Assembly (NCBI GenBank): GCA_024679065.1
Contig: JAGIQG010000016.1
Location: 2,046,001 to 2,110,000, forward strand
Source of the DNA: Sphyrna mokarran
Lineage: Eukaryota
Length of the DNA stretch: 64,000 nucleotides
Direction of reading: 5' to 3'
Part shown: positions 50,201 through 62,754 of the stretch, in pieces
How the letters are laid out: every line of letters begins with the position of its first letter
Position numbering within the stretch: position 1 is the first letter of the stretch
Program-made: the position numbers and the translations under genes
Notes under the pieces: model-generated
Seen by the model: only the letters and a program-made list of their open reading frames with translations
What the model was told of the DNA's origin: nothing
Database searches by the model: none

Positions 50201-52370
50201 TAGTTGTGTGGCGATCAGAACTGTGTGCAATACTCCAAATGCAACCTAACCAAGGTTTGATACAGCTGCAATACGATTTCCCAAATCGTGTACTCAATGC
50301 TCTGGCTAATGAAGGCAAGCATCCCATATTCCGCCTTAATCATCTTGGCCACCTGTTTGCCATTTTTAGAGAACTATTGACCTGCATGCCCGATCCCTCT
50401 ATACGTTAATATTCCGCAGGGTTCTGCCATTTACAGTATAATTCACATCTAAATCTGATCCTCCAAAATGCATCACCTCACATTTGTCTGGATTAAACAC
50501 TATCTGCCATTTCTGTGCCCAAGTCTCCAATCAATCAATACCCTGTTGTATCCTCTGACAATCCCCGACACTATCAGCAACTCCAGCAATCTTTGTGTCA
50601 TCTGGAAACTTACTAATCAGACCTCCCCATAGCTTCCACCAGATCATTTATATATACTACAAACACCAGAGGTCCCAGCACTGATCTCTGCGGAACAACA
50701 CTAGCTACAGATCTCCATTTTGAAAAACACCTTTCCACCACTACTCTCTGTCTTCTATAACCCAGCCAATTCTAGTTTCTATCTATCCAAATCATCCCGA
50801 ATCCCATGTGATTTTAATTTTTGTACCAGTCTGCCTTGTGGAAAGGTCAACTCGTTGTGAAAAACAAAAGCTCATGGTGTAGGGGGTAATGTTTTGCCGT
50901 GGACTGAAGATTGGCTAGTTAAGAGGGAACAGAGAGTATGCATAAATACCTGGTTGGCTGAAAGTGACCTGTGGTGTGCCTCAGGGATCAGTGCTGGGGC
51001 CTCAACTTTTTACAACTTCTAAGTGACTTGGATTAAGGGAAGGAATATCACAAAGATAATCATAGAATTTACATCAGAGAGGCCCTTCAGCCCATAAAGT
51101 CTCTGCTAACCATCAAGCACCTATCTATTCTAATCCCATTTTCCAGCACTTGCTCTGTAGTCTTGCTTGCTATGGTGTTTCAAGTGCTCATATAAATGTT
51201 TCTTAAATGTTGTGAGGGTTCTCACTTCCACCACCCTGTCAGGCAGCGAGTTCTAGATTCCCACCACCCTCTGACCGAAAAAAATTTTTCTTAAATCCCC
51301 TCTAAATCTCCTGCCCATCACTATAATTTCTGTCCCCTGGTTACTGAACCTCTGCTCTATGCAGCTCAAGTGGAACAGTGGATGTGTTGTACTTAGACTT
51401 CCAGAAGGCATTTGATAAGGTGCCATATTAAGGTCATTGCGGAAAATTAAAGCTCATGGTCTTGGGGTAACATATTGACATGGAAAGAAGACTAGTTAGT
51501 TACCAGGAAACAGGGAATAAGGATAAATAGGTCTTTTCTGCATGGCAGGATTTTACAAATGGTGTTTGTACCATTTAGTGCCAAGGATTTAGTGCTTGCA
51601 CCTCAGCTTTATACCATTTATATACATGAATCGGATGAAGGGGCTGAAGGTATGGTTGCTAAATTTGTTGATAATATTGAAATGGTAGGATCTAATACAC
51701 TTTGCATTTAATGGCATCACCAGCATCACCATCACTGAATCCCCCCCCCCACTATCTACATCCTGGGGGTTACCAATGATTAGAAACTGAACTGGACCCA
51801 GCCACATAAATACTGTGGCTCCTAGAGCAGGTCAGAGGCTGGGAATCCTGCAGAGAGTAACTCACCTCCTGACTCCCCAAAGCCTGTCCACCATCTACAA
51901 AGACACAGGCCAGGAGTGTGATGGAATACTCCCCACTCCCCACCGGATGGGTGCAACTCAAGAAGGTCAATACCATCCAGGACAAAACAGCCCTGTTCGA
52001 TCGACACACTAACCACAAACACTCACTCCCTCCAACTCTGATGCACAGTGACAGTGTATACCATCAAAAGGTGCACTGCAACATCTCCCCAAGGCTACTT
52101 AGGCAGCACCTTCCAAACCCACCACTTCTACCATCTAGAAGGACAAGGGTAGCAGATACCTGGGAACACCCCCACCTGGAGGTTCCCCTCCGAGTCACTC
52201 ATCATCCCGACTTGGAAATATATCGGCCGTTCCTTCACTGTCGCTGGGGTCAAAATCCTGGCACTCCCTGCCTAACAGCACTGTGGGTGTACCTACACCT
52301 CAGGAACTGCAGTCGATTCAAGATGGCTTACCCACCACCTTCTCAAGGGGCAATTAGGGATGGGCAATAG
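50200..52370. mobile_element. Mosaic of LINE fragments (CR1 on both strands; CR1/L2-group 3' fragment 51690-52370)
   Basis: RT-derived motifs LDFQKAFDKVP and MEYSPL...IQDK. Confidence 0.7.
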
Positions 52371-52572
52371 ACACTAAGTCTGGCCAACAATTAACAGACA
52401 GATTAAAGAATCAGATGATCTTGGTCCGTATCGCACTGTTGTTTGTGGGATCTTGCTGTGCAAAATGATTGCCACGTTTCCACAGGTGAAAAACTGGTCT
52501 CCATTAACTGAGAGACAAGTCGAGGTGGGAATAGGTGCTACAGCAATGCCTGACAATCATGGAATCAGATCA

Positions 52573-52744
<172 letters not shown>

Positions 52745-53391
52745 NNNNNNNNNNNNNNNNNNNNNNNNNNNNNNNNNNNNNNNNNNNNNNNNNNNNNNNN
52801 NNNNNNNNNNNNNNNNNNNNNNNNNNNNNNNNNNNNNNNNNNNNNNNNNNNNNNNNNNNNNNNNNNNNNNNNNNNNNNNNNNNNNNNNNNNNNNNNNNNN
52901 NNNNNNNNNNNNNNNNNNNNNNNNNNNNNNNNNNNNNNNNNNGACGGACGGAGACGGAGGGAGGGAGAAGAGACAGACGACAGAGGGAGGAGNNNNNNNN
53001 NNNNNNNNNNNNNNNNNNNNNNNNNNNNNNNNNNNNNNNNNNNNNNNNNNNNNNNNNNNNNNNNNNNNNNNNNNNNNNNNNNNNNNNNNNNNNNNNNNNN
53101 NNNNNNNNNNNNNNNNNNNNNNNNNNNNNNNNNNNNNNNNNNNNNNNNNNNNNNNNNNNNNNNNNNNNNNNNNNNNNNNNNNCAGACGAGGGAGAGAGAG
53201 ACAGACAGACAGAGGGGAGAGAGACAGACAGACAGAGGGGGAGAGAGACAGACAGACAGAGGGGAGAGAGACAGGAACAGGGGGAGAGAGACAGACAGAC
53301 AGAGGGGGAGAGAGAGAGAGACAGACGGGGGGAGAGAGAGACAGACAGATAGAGGGAGAGACAGAGAGAGAGAGAGAGAGACAGACAGAGA

Positions 53392-53423
<32 letters not shown>

Positions 53424-53425
53424 AA
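52745..53425. repeat. Assembly gaps (52745-52942, 52993-53182) within a (GA)n repeat
   Basis: N runs flanked by GA/GACA repeats. Confidence 0.95.
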
Positions 53426-53869
53426 TAAAGTTTATTTATTAGTCACAAGCAGGCTTACATTAACATTGCAATGAAGTTATTGTGAAAATCCCCTAGACGC
53501 CACACTCCAGCATCTGTTCAGGTACACTGAAGGAGAATTTAGCATGGCCAATGCACCCTAACCAGCAAAGGCTTTTGGAGAGTGTGGTGATTATCCCTTT
53601 ATGAAGCAATCTGCAGACCAAAGGTCACATGATCCAGGGATCCAATTCCAGAGTTACTCTGGGGAGCTCAGGTTTCTGTTCCGGAAATTTCTCAGAAGCT
53701 GGCTGCAGACATGAGGCTGGAAGCCTCTGTATAAACTTTACCTGGAAACAAACCTATTGCTGTTTCTCTCAAAAGGTGGACAAGGATTACATTGGCAATG
53801 AGGGTAAAATTGAGCTCAAACTGAGAGTGGACACTTTCTGTTGCAGTTGAGATGGAGAAGGATTATTAA

Positions 53870-54240
53870 AAATATGTACTTTATTTGGACGGTTCAATCC
53901 TTTCGGTGTCTCTGTGGAGGACAGGATGTTTGGGTGACTATTTTCAGGCTAATGAAAGGCAATCCACCTGAGTGTGTGTGGGACCCAAAGGTGCGATCTG
54001 ATTCACTATCTCACAACACTAAGAGCCCCTGGCTACAAGTCATTGAGTGAGACGGTAGAATTGATAAGTCACATTTCCATCTGAAACTATTGATCATGTT
54101 GCAGAGATTTCAATTTCATTCCAGGGGTGAGTTCTAGGGGAAATTATTGTGCCTCATATCACTGAGCAAATCTCAAAGTGCTACAACTTTAGAACCACTT
54201 TGAATGATATGCTGTGGGACAGATTAGTCGGCAGGGTGAA
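53870..54240 (+). mobile_element. Possible decayed Gypsy gag fragment
   Basis: CYNFRTTLNDMLWDRLVGRV resembles the Gypsy gag motif LNDMLRDRLVCG. Confidence 0.4.
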
Positions 54241-55205
54241 CAGAACCATAGAATCACAGAATAGTGCAACCCTATATTGCAGAAGGAGGCCATTTGGCCC
54301 ACTGAGCCAGCACCAACAAATGTCTGTACAGCCTTTACCTGTAATTAAACTATTGCTGTTTTCCCTCAACTGGTGAACAAGAATTTTTACAGACAGCTTG
54401 AGTGAGAAAGTGAGAAACACAGAGATAGAGAAAGAGAGAGAGAAAGCGTGTTCAAGAAGCGAGAGTGCCACAGAGAAAGACTGTGCAAGACAGAAAGAGA
54501 GAGAGAAAGCAAGAAGGCAGAGAGACAGCAAACAGATAAGAAGAGAAACAGAAAAACAGAAAAGAGAAACAGGCCAATAGAGAGAGAAAAAAGACAGGAG
54601 AAAGAGAGAAACAGGGGTGACTGACATAAAGAGGGCAGAGAGAGAGAGATGGGAGAGGGACAAACAGAGAGAGAGAGAGCAGAGAGACAGATGGAGTGAG
54701 ACAGAAGGCACAGAGAGAGGGCAGGCAGAGACACAGGTACAGGAGATAAAGAGGATACAATAAGTGTGTGAAGAAACATTAAACCATGTGACACAATCCG
54801 CTCTGAGGACAAAATATTTTCCACACAGCGACTTGTTGTGATCTGAAAGGGCAGTGAAAGCAGATTCAACAGTATCTTTCAACAGAGGGGAACAGCAAGA
54901 GGAGCCCAGTAAGCTACAGGGCAGGGGGCGGGTAGAATGGGAATGTCACTCAGACCCAATCCAGAGCAGGGGAATCCATAAGGATTAAAGCCCATTGAAT
55001 TCAGCATAACCCACACACAGGAGCTGGTTTACAGGTGGATTCTGGCTCCCTCTCAGCCAGAATCCACCTGTAAACAGTTGCTCCATCCCTATGCCAAGGG
55101 GGAAAACCGATAGCGACCCAGTCCATTGGCAGCTCTCACTGCAACAGGTCAAAGGTCTGCAGGGGTCCCGGAACCTGAGAGACCTCCGGAGCCCAGGAAA
55201 CTCAC

Positions 55206-55340
55206 CTCATCTTTCAGCTGTGCCAGGAAGAGAGGCAGAAGATGTTCCACAGTGTGGTCCTTGCCGAGCATTGGGGACAGTCCCATAATTACAGAGGCCA
55301 GAGCCGACTTCACATGCTCATTCGCATCCGAGACAAGGTC
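55206..55340 (-). CDS. PPP2R1A: PP2A scaffold A subunit, exon 9
   Basis: 135 bp; [45 protein letters not shown]. Confidence 0.95.
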
Positions 55341-55409
55341 CTGTTATAAAGCAGAACACAGCGAGGTGAGAAACTCACCTGACCTTTTACACTGCAGATA
55401 TAGCACAGG

Positions 55410-56040
55410 GTTAGAAACAGAGTAAAGGTTCTTCTATACTGTCCCCCATCAAACACTCCCAGGACAGGTACAAGATGGGGTGAAATACAGAGTAAAGCTC
55501 CCTCTACACTGTCCCCCATCAAACACTCCGAGGACAGGGACAAGATGGGGTGAAATACAGAGTAAAGCTCCCTCTATACTGTCCCCCATCAAACACTCCC
55601 AGGACAGGGACAAGATGGGGTGAAATACAGAGTAAAGCTCCCTCTACACTGTCCCCCATCAAACACTCCCAGGACAGGTACAAGATGGGGTGAAATACAG
55701 AGTAAAGCTCCCTCTACACTGTCCCCCATCAAACACTCCCAGGACAGGTACAAGATGGGGTGAAATACAGAGTAAAGCTCCCTCTACACTGTCCCCACAT
55801 CAAACACTCCCAGGACAGGTACAGCACGGGGTTAGATACTGAGTAAAGCTCCCTCTACACTGTCCCCCCATCAAACACTCCCAGGACAGGTACAGCACGG
55901 GGTTAGATACAGAGTAAAGCTCCCTCTATACTGTCCCCACATCAAACACTCCCAGGACAGGGACAGCACGGGGTTAGATACTGAGTAAAGCTCCATCTAC
56001 ACTGTACTCATCAAACACTCTCAGGACAGGGACAGCATGG
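55410..56040. repeat. 70-71-bp tandem repeat, about 9 copies
   Basis: ACAGAGTAAAGCTCCCTCTACACTGTCCCCCATCAAACACTCCCAGGACAGG... units. Confidence 0.95.
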
Positions 56041-56110
56041 GAATATATTTAGCTCCAGAGTTATACTTGGAAAGGTGAAGGTGGTATCTGTCAGGATTAT
56101 GGAGGTTCAC

Positions 56111-56181
56111 CTTCACATTGGGCAGGATGTTGGTCATGATGATATGCTGTCGTCCATCAGCAGGCAGATTCTCACAGAATT
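56111..56181 (-). CDS. PPP2R1A: PP2A scaffold A subunit, exon 8
   Basis: 71 bp; (E)FCENLPADGRQHIIMTNILPNVK. Confidence 0.88.
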
Positions 56182-56321
56182 CTGAAAGAGACCAAAATTC
56201 AGTCAGGAACGCTCAATTCTCATTCCATTCTTGCTGAACATCTCAATGTTAACTCACATCAGCAGTAAAACTAATGCATCAATAACAGAAGAGGACTTTT
56301 AAACTCAGTCTGGCACACACT

Positions 56322-56640
56322 CAGTGCCGGGGGCGTGCCGCGCGGTCAGAGGGTCAGTGCCGGGGGCGTGCCGCGCGGTCAGAGGGTCAGTGCCGGGGGC
56401 GTGCCGCGCGGTCAGAGGGTCAGTGCCGGGGGCGTGCCGCGCGGTCAGAGGGTCAGTGTCTTTCTGGATGAGGTGTAAGTGGAGGCTCTGTGTGTTCTCT
56501 CGAGGCAGTATAAAGATCTCATAGTCACTATTTGGAAGAAGAGAGGGGGAGGCAGAGAGGAATGGAATGGGGGTGAAATCTAGCCTGTGTCCTGGGGCTA
56601 ATATTTATTCCTCAATCAACATCAGTGAAAAAAAGCAGCT
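56322..56640 (+). mobile_element. Deu-domain SINE with 4 GC-rich variant 33-bp units
   Basis: Array 56322-56458 followed by GTCTTTCTGGATGAG...AAAGATCTCAT...AATATTTATTCCTCAATCAACATC; SINE appears to resume near 57505. Confidence 0.75.
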
Positions 56641-56933
56641 AATGTTGGTCAATAAAGAAGAAGTAAATTTAACGCAGTCCCTGGGGAGCACAGGCTGGTC
56701 TCTCCTTCAAGGGACAGACTGACTGGTGCTGACTGAACCTGAGGATCACCACACCTCAGGCGAGCGGCTAGGTCCAAAGATGGAGCTTTCATGAGTGACC
56801 TCAGCCTGTCCGGGATTAAAAACCTGCACTGTTGGTATCATGAAGCAGCCATCCAGCTAATGAAGTTAAATCGATTTCACAATGTTCACGTTGTGCGGGG
56901 GCACAACGCCAGGGCCCGGGATTTGATTCCCGG

Positions 56934-57505
56934 GGGCACCGTGACACAGTGGGTTAGCACTGCTGTCTCACAGCGCCAGGGACCCGGGTTCAACTCCCGG
57001 GGACACGGTGACACAGTGGGTTAGCACTGCTGCCTCACAGCACCAGGGACCCGGGTTCGATTCCCGGGGGGGCACGGTGACACAGTGGGTTAGCACTGCT
57101 GTCTCACAGCGCCAGAGACCCGGGTTCGATTCCCGGGGGGGCACGGTGACACAGTGGGTTAGCACTGCTGTCTCACAGCGCCAGAGACCCGGGTTCAATT
57201 CCTGGCTTGGCTCACTGTTTGTGCAGAGTTTGCACATTCTTCCCGTGTCTGTGTAGGTTTCCTCTGGGTGCTCAGGTTTCCTTCCATAGTCCAAAGGCAT
57301 ACAGCTTCGGTGGATTGGTCATGCTAAATTATCCTTTAGTGACCAAAGATGTGTGAGTCAGGTGGATTGGCCATTGTAACTTGCCCCTTAGTGTCAGGGG
57401 GAGTAGCTAGGTAAAAGCATGGGGTTACAGGGATCGGGCCTGGGTAAGATTGTGGTTGGTGCAGACTCGATGAATGGCCTCATTCTATACAAAGGATTCT
57501 ATGAT
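56934..57505 (+). mobile_element. HE1-like V-SINE with four tandem tRNA-derived heads
   Basis: Four ~70-bp heads (A box ...ACAGTGG, B box GGTTCGATTCC), then V-domain body and TTCTATG tail. Confidence 0.85.
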
Positions 57506-57688
57506 TATCACATGGCTGATTGTGGCATCTTGCTGTGCACTTGTTGGTAGCCACATTTCCTGCATTCCAAACTGCGACTTGTCATAGAAATAAAACCCCT
57601 CCTTTCACTCTGTCGGCCTCACTGCGAAAGCTGATGGTGGCGAGAAGGGGGAGGGGGTTCTTTCCCTGACCTCTGTGCAGACACTGAC

Positions 57689-57803
57689 CTTTGACCTTGC
57701 CAGCCGCCGAGGCGCGTACCTCAGCTTCGCAGTCCTTCATGAGGTTCTGGAAGGCTGATACCAGGTCCTTCTTGGTAATCTCTGGCCCGATGGCTTTCTG
57801 CAG
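57689..57803 (-). CDS. PPP2R1A: PP2A scaffold A subunit, exon 7
   Basis: 115 bp; [38 protein letters not shown]. Confidence 0.95.
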
Positions 57804-58094
57804 CTGTCAACAATAACACACAGAGTGGAGAGGGAGGGAGAGAACGAAACAGGGGGAAAAAGTAAAGAAGAAACTCTTAAACTTCAGGGTAAATACTGCC
57901 TGTTACCTCAGCACAACTGAAAGAGTTAAAACTATGAGCACTGACAGACCTGGCTGGTGTCCCAACTCCATCTCCGCACCCCACTTTCCACCCCTATCTT
58001 AGTCAGAACCGTAGAGTAGGTTGTTGCACAATGTTAAATCTCACGGGATCCACGGTGAGGGACTAAATGGATACAAAATTGGCTTCTTGACAGA

Positions 58095-58495
58095 ATAAAA
58101 AGTCTCACAACACCAAGTTAAAGTCCAACAGGTTTATTTGGTAGCAAACGCCACTAGCTTTCAGAGCACTGCTCCTTCGTCAGGTGAGTGGGAGTTCTGT
58201 TCACCAACAGGGCATAAAAAGACACAAACTCAGTTTACAGAATAATGGTTGGAATGTGAGTCTTTACAGCTAATTAAGTCTTAAAGGTACAGGTAGTGTG
58301 AGTGGAGTGAGGGTTAAGCACAGGTTAAAGAGATGTTTATTGTCTCCAGACAGGACAGTTAGCGAGATTTTGTAAGCCCAGGCAATTCATGGGAGTTGTA
58401 AATAGTGCGACATGATCCCAGTTGAGGCTGTCCTCATGCGCGGAACCTGGCTATCAGTCTGTGCTCAGTGACTCTGCACTGTCGTGTATCATGAA
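58095..58495 (-). mobile_element. Penelope-like 3' fragment with intact hammerhead core
   Basis: Same terminus as 2046 and 36030; CTGACGA-AGGAGCAGTGCTCT-GAAA-GCTA on the minus strand, 58151-58188. Confidence 0.8.
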
Positions 58496-58563
58496 GGCCA
58501 AACAGAAATCCTTTCCCCATGCGACAGTGACACCAATCTTCCCCTCTCGCTCTGCCCACTTAC

Positions 58564-58719
58564 CTCAGTGAATTTGTCTGCCACCATGTAGCGCACGCGC
58601 CATGATTTGTCCTCCACCGCCTGGCGCAGTGTGGGCATCACCAGCTTTTCCACCTCCTCCCGCTTCAGGAGCTCCGCGATGCTCACACAACTTTCGACAG
58701 CCAGCAGCCGCACAGAGTC
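58564..58719 (-). CDS. PPP2R1A: PP2A scaffold A subunit, exon 6
   Basis: 156 bp; DSVRLLAVE...[17 protein letters not shown]. Confidence 0.96.
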
Positions 58720-60056
58720 CTACAGAGACAGCAGACAGTTAGCCTCCAGGAAGGGGCCGAATAGCCACCCTCATCAATCCGTCACATCCTCCCCGCTTCA
58801 CCTGTTCTGTATTGTTCGACACTCACCGAGCCCACAGCCAGCAAGGCTCCTTCGCACAAACAGGCCATTCAGCCCATCGGATCCACGCTGGTGTCCACAC
58901 CAGCCTCCATCGAGAGCCAGCATTCCCATGCCCCTCTGTACTGACATCAAATCCAGGGTCAACATCAGGACGTCTTTCTCCTCTCTTGGCCTTTGAATCA
59001 TCTAATCCTTACAGCGCAGAAGGATATTCGGCCCATCAAGCCTATACCAACAATAATTCCACAGGCCCCATCCCCAGAACCTCACATATTCACCCCACTA
59101 ATCCTCCTGACACTAGGGGCGATTTAGCATGGCCAATCAACCTAATTGATGAGTCACAAGTCAGGCTTACATCAACACTACAATGAAGTCACTGTGAAAT
59201 TCCCATTGTCGCCACACTCCGGCGCCTGTTCAGCTCACTGCACGCTAATCAGCATGTCTTTCAGACTGGGGGGGGAAAACTGGAGCACCTGGAGGAAACC
59301 CACACAGACACGGGGAGAATGTGCAGACTCCACACAGACAGTGACCCAAGTCAGGAATCAAATCTGGATCCCTGGCACTGTGAGACAGCAGTGCTAACCA
59401 CTGTGCCACCCCTGCACATCTCTAGACACCAAGGAGCAATTTAGTATGACCAATCCACCTAACCTACACATCTTTGGACGCTAAGAGACAATTTGCATGG
59501 CCAATCCATCTAACCTACACAACTCGGGGCTGGTCTCGAACCCAGGAGCTCTGGTCCTAAGACAGGGCTGCTAACCAGTTGCAGTAAAGCCTGATACCCC
59601 GTTTCTGCTGTGGGGCCATTCACATCAAATAAGAACAGTGAGACGCAGGCTGTGAGAGGACAGCTGAGAGGGCAGTGGCTGTGGCGAGGAGAACAGTTCA
59701 CATGACAAGATAGTGAGAAGCTGCAACGAGCAATCAGTGTGATGTTGTGAACAAGCTTGGGAACAGGAAATATTTCAATAGGAAAGGGGAAGTGCAAAAA
59801 CGTGAACTGCGGTTTGCAGCCAGAAGGAGGAAGCAGTTAAACTGTGGTTCATTCCACTCAACACACAGCTGTGTAGGGAAAGGTGCAGACTTGCAGAAAC
59901 CTCTTTCAAGTTTGACCTTCGAGTTCAGACAGTTGCTGACATCAGGGCTGTCAGTGATTCCGCAAGCGTGGATAATTAATGTTTCATCTGGAATGACATT
60001 CCGGCCTGTCATGGTTTGAAGCATTTGGGATCAAGTTCAGACAGCTTGTCCAATTG

Positions 60057-60600
60057 AAGCACTGAGGGAGCGCCGCGCTGTCACAGGGCCAGTGCTGAGG
60101 GAGCGCCGCGCTGTCACAGGGCCAGTGCTGAGGGAGCGCCGCGCTGTCACAGGGCCAGTGCTGAGGGAGCGCCGCGCTGTCACAGGGCCAGTGCTGAGGG
60201 AGCGCCGCGCTGTCACAGGGCCAGTGCTGAGGGAGCGCCGCGCTGTCACAGGGCCAGTGCTGAGGGAGCGCCGCGCTGTCACAGGGCCAGTGCTGAGGGA
60301 GCGCCGCGCTGTCACAGGGCCAGTGCTGAGGGAGCGCCGCGCTGTCACAGGGCCAGTGCTGAGGGAGCGCCGCGCTGTCAGAGATGTCATCTTTTAGGAT
60401 CAGACATTGAATTTTACACGCTCTCAGGGGTAAGATTTGGAAAAGGAGCAGGAGCATTGGGGTGAGGAGGGAGTTCTCCTCAGTGTCCTGTGACCGATAT
60501 TTATCCCTCAAACAGCATCACGAAAAGGTGATCTTGCTGTGCGTGGATTGGCTGCTGTGTTTCCAACATTATAAACAGACAGTCAGTTACTTGACTTCAG
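60057..60600 (+). mobile_element. Deu-domain SINE with ~10 homogeneous variant 33-bp units (60057-60382)
   Basis: CAGTGCTGAGGGAGCGCCGCGCTGTCACAGGGC array, then GATATTTATCCCTCAA...GATCTTGCTGTGCG...TTGGCTGC. Confidence 0.8.
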
Positions 60601-60714
60601 GTGAATGGATAAAGCTATTCCAGGCTTGGATAGCTGCTGGGCTGGCTGAGGGTGGAGGGGAGTTGGCGGGAGAGATAGGGGAGGGTGCGAGGGAATGGAT
60701 ACTCCGACAGGTAC

Positions 60715-60862
60715 CTGCTCATCAGAGGCCAGGTTGGTGAACATGGGGATGATCTCGGATTTCAGGCTCTCGATTTCCAGCACTTTGGCAAACTCGCCAA
60801 GTTTGGATGCTGCAGCTCGCCGAACCATCGGAGTATCATCAGTGCAGAGATTCCGGAAGCTT
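60715..60862 (-). CDS. PPP2R1A: PP2A scaffold A subunit, exon 5
   Basis: 148 bp; [25 protein letters not shown]...LASDEQ. Confidence 0.96.
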
Positions 60863-60879
60863 CTGTGTGAGGGGAAGTG

Positions 60880-62452
60880 TGGAGGGAGGGTAGACAGAAG
60901 CAAGAGGGGAGGTGAGGGGGAGAGGCAGGGACGGAGGGGGAGAGGCAGGGACGGAGGGGGAGAGGCAGGGACGGAGGGGGAGAGGCAGGGACGGAGGGGG
61001 AGAGGCAGGTGGAAAGAGATGAAGGTATGCATGGAGGAGGAGGGAGGAGGGAGGAGGTAAGAGGGAGGGATTGATGGACAGACGAGAGAAGGTGGAGAGG
61101 GAGGAAGGGATGGATGGAGGAAGGGAAAGTGGAGATGGAGGGATGGATGGAGGAGGAAGCAGGAGATGAGGATGGAGGTGGTGGAAAGGGAGGGAGGTGG
61201 TGGAGAGGAGAGAGGGAGGTTGAGGTGAGAGGGGAGAGGGGAGGGAGGGTGGAGAGGGAGGTGGGGAGAGGGAGGAGGTGGAAGATGGAGGAGGTGGGAG
61301 GGGGAGAGAGAGGTGGTGGAGAGGGAGGGAGGAGTGGGAGAGGGGGAGGGAGGGGGTGGTGGAGAGGGGGAGAGAGAGGTGGTGGAGAAGGGAGGGAGGG
61401 AGGGAGGTGGTGGAGAGGGAGGGAGGAAGGGAGTGTGGAGAGAGAGGGGGAAGGAGGGAGGTGGGTGGGGAGAGAGAGGGAGGGAGGAGGTGGTGGAGAG
61501 AGATGGAGGGAGGGAGGTGTGGAGAGAGAGGGAGGGAAGGGAGGTGGTGGAGAGAGAGGGAGGAGGGAGGTGGTGGAGGGAGGTGGTGGAGGGGAGGTGT
61601 GGAGGGAGAGGGAGAGAGGGAGGGAGGGAGGGAGGTGTGGAGAGAAGGAGGGAGGGAAGGTGGTGGAGGGAGGTGGTGGGAGAGAGGGGGGAGGGAGGGT
61701 GTGGAGGGAGATGGTGGAGAGGAGAGGGAGGAGGGAGGTGGTGGAGAGAGAGGGAGGGAGGGAGGTGGTGGAGAGGGAGGAGAGGGAGGGAGGTGGAGGG
61801 AGAGAGGAGGGAGGGAGAAGGGGAAGGGANNNNNNNNNNNNNNNNNNNNNNNNNNNNNNNNNNNNNNNNNNNNNNNNNNNNNNNNNNNNNNNNNNNNNNN
61901 NNNNNNNNNNNNNNNNNNNNNNNNNNNNNNNNNNNNNNNNNNNNNNNNNNNNNNNNNNNNNNNNNNNNNNNNNNNNNNNNAGGGAGGTGGTGGAGAGAGA
62001 GGAGGTGGAGAGGGAAGGATGGATAGAGGAGGAGGCAGGAAATGGAGAGGGAGGGATGGATGGAGAGGTGGGGAGGGATGGATGGAGAGGTGGGGAGGGA
62101 GATGAGGAGGGAGGGAGGGAGATGAGGAGGGAGGGAGGGAAAGTAAGGGAGGGAGAAGGGAGTATGAGGAAGGGAGGGAGGGAGAGAGAGGGAGGAGAGT
62201 AAGGGAGGGAGATGAGGACGGAGGGAGGGAGATGAGGACGGAGCCAGGGGCGAAGGAGGGAGGGAGGGAGATGAGGAGGGAGGGAGGGAGATGAGGAGGA
62301 GGGAGGGAGAGAGGAGGGAGGGATGAGGAAGGAGGGGGAGATGAGGAGGGAGGAGGGGAGAGAGGAGGGAAGGAGAAAAGGAGACGAGGAGGGAGGGAGA
62401 TGAGGAGGGAGGGAGATGAGGAGGGAGGGAGATGAGGAGGAAGGGGAGGGAG
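60880..62452. repeat. Polypurine (GGA/GAG) low-complexity tract with gap (N 61830-61980)
   Basis: Almost purely G/A on the plus strand; source of Pro/Ser-rich spurious ORFs. Confidence 0.95.
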
Positions 62453-62754
62453 CCACATCACGAGGTGTGGTTTTGAGATGGAAAAGTGAATGAGGTGAAT
62501 AAAGAGCTGAATTTGAAATCACAGCGCGATTGGCAAGGCCAAATCATTCACCGTTTCCCAGCACACAAACAGGCCTTTCGGCCTATATCCATATTCAATC
62601 CCACACTCACTGAAATCCCGGAGTCCCAAAGTCCAAACTGGAGGCAAATATTATAAAATCGTACCCCCCAGCAATCTCCGTCTCGTTCTATTCCTCCCTC
62701 ATGCGTTTATTCAGGTTCCTCTTAAATACATTGATAATATTCACCTAAAGCATT

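Noticed and set aside
56934-57205. tRNA gene cluster
   Set aside because: These are tRNA-derived SINE heads running into a V-SINE body, without complete acceptor stems or terminators.
60762-62522. 586-aa and 540-aa Pro/Ser-rich ORFs
   Set aside because: Translation of a polypurine low-complexity tract spanning an N gap inside a PPP2R1A intron.
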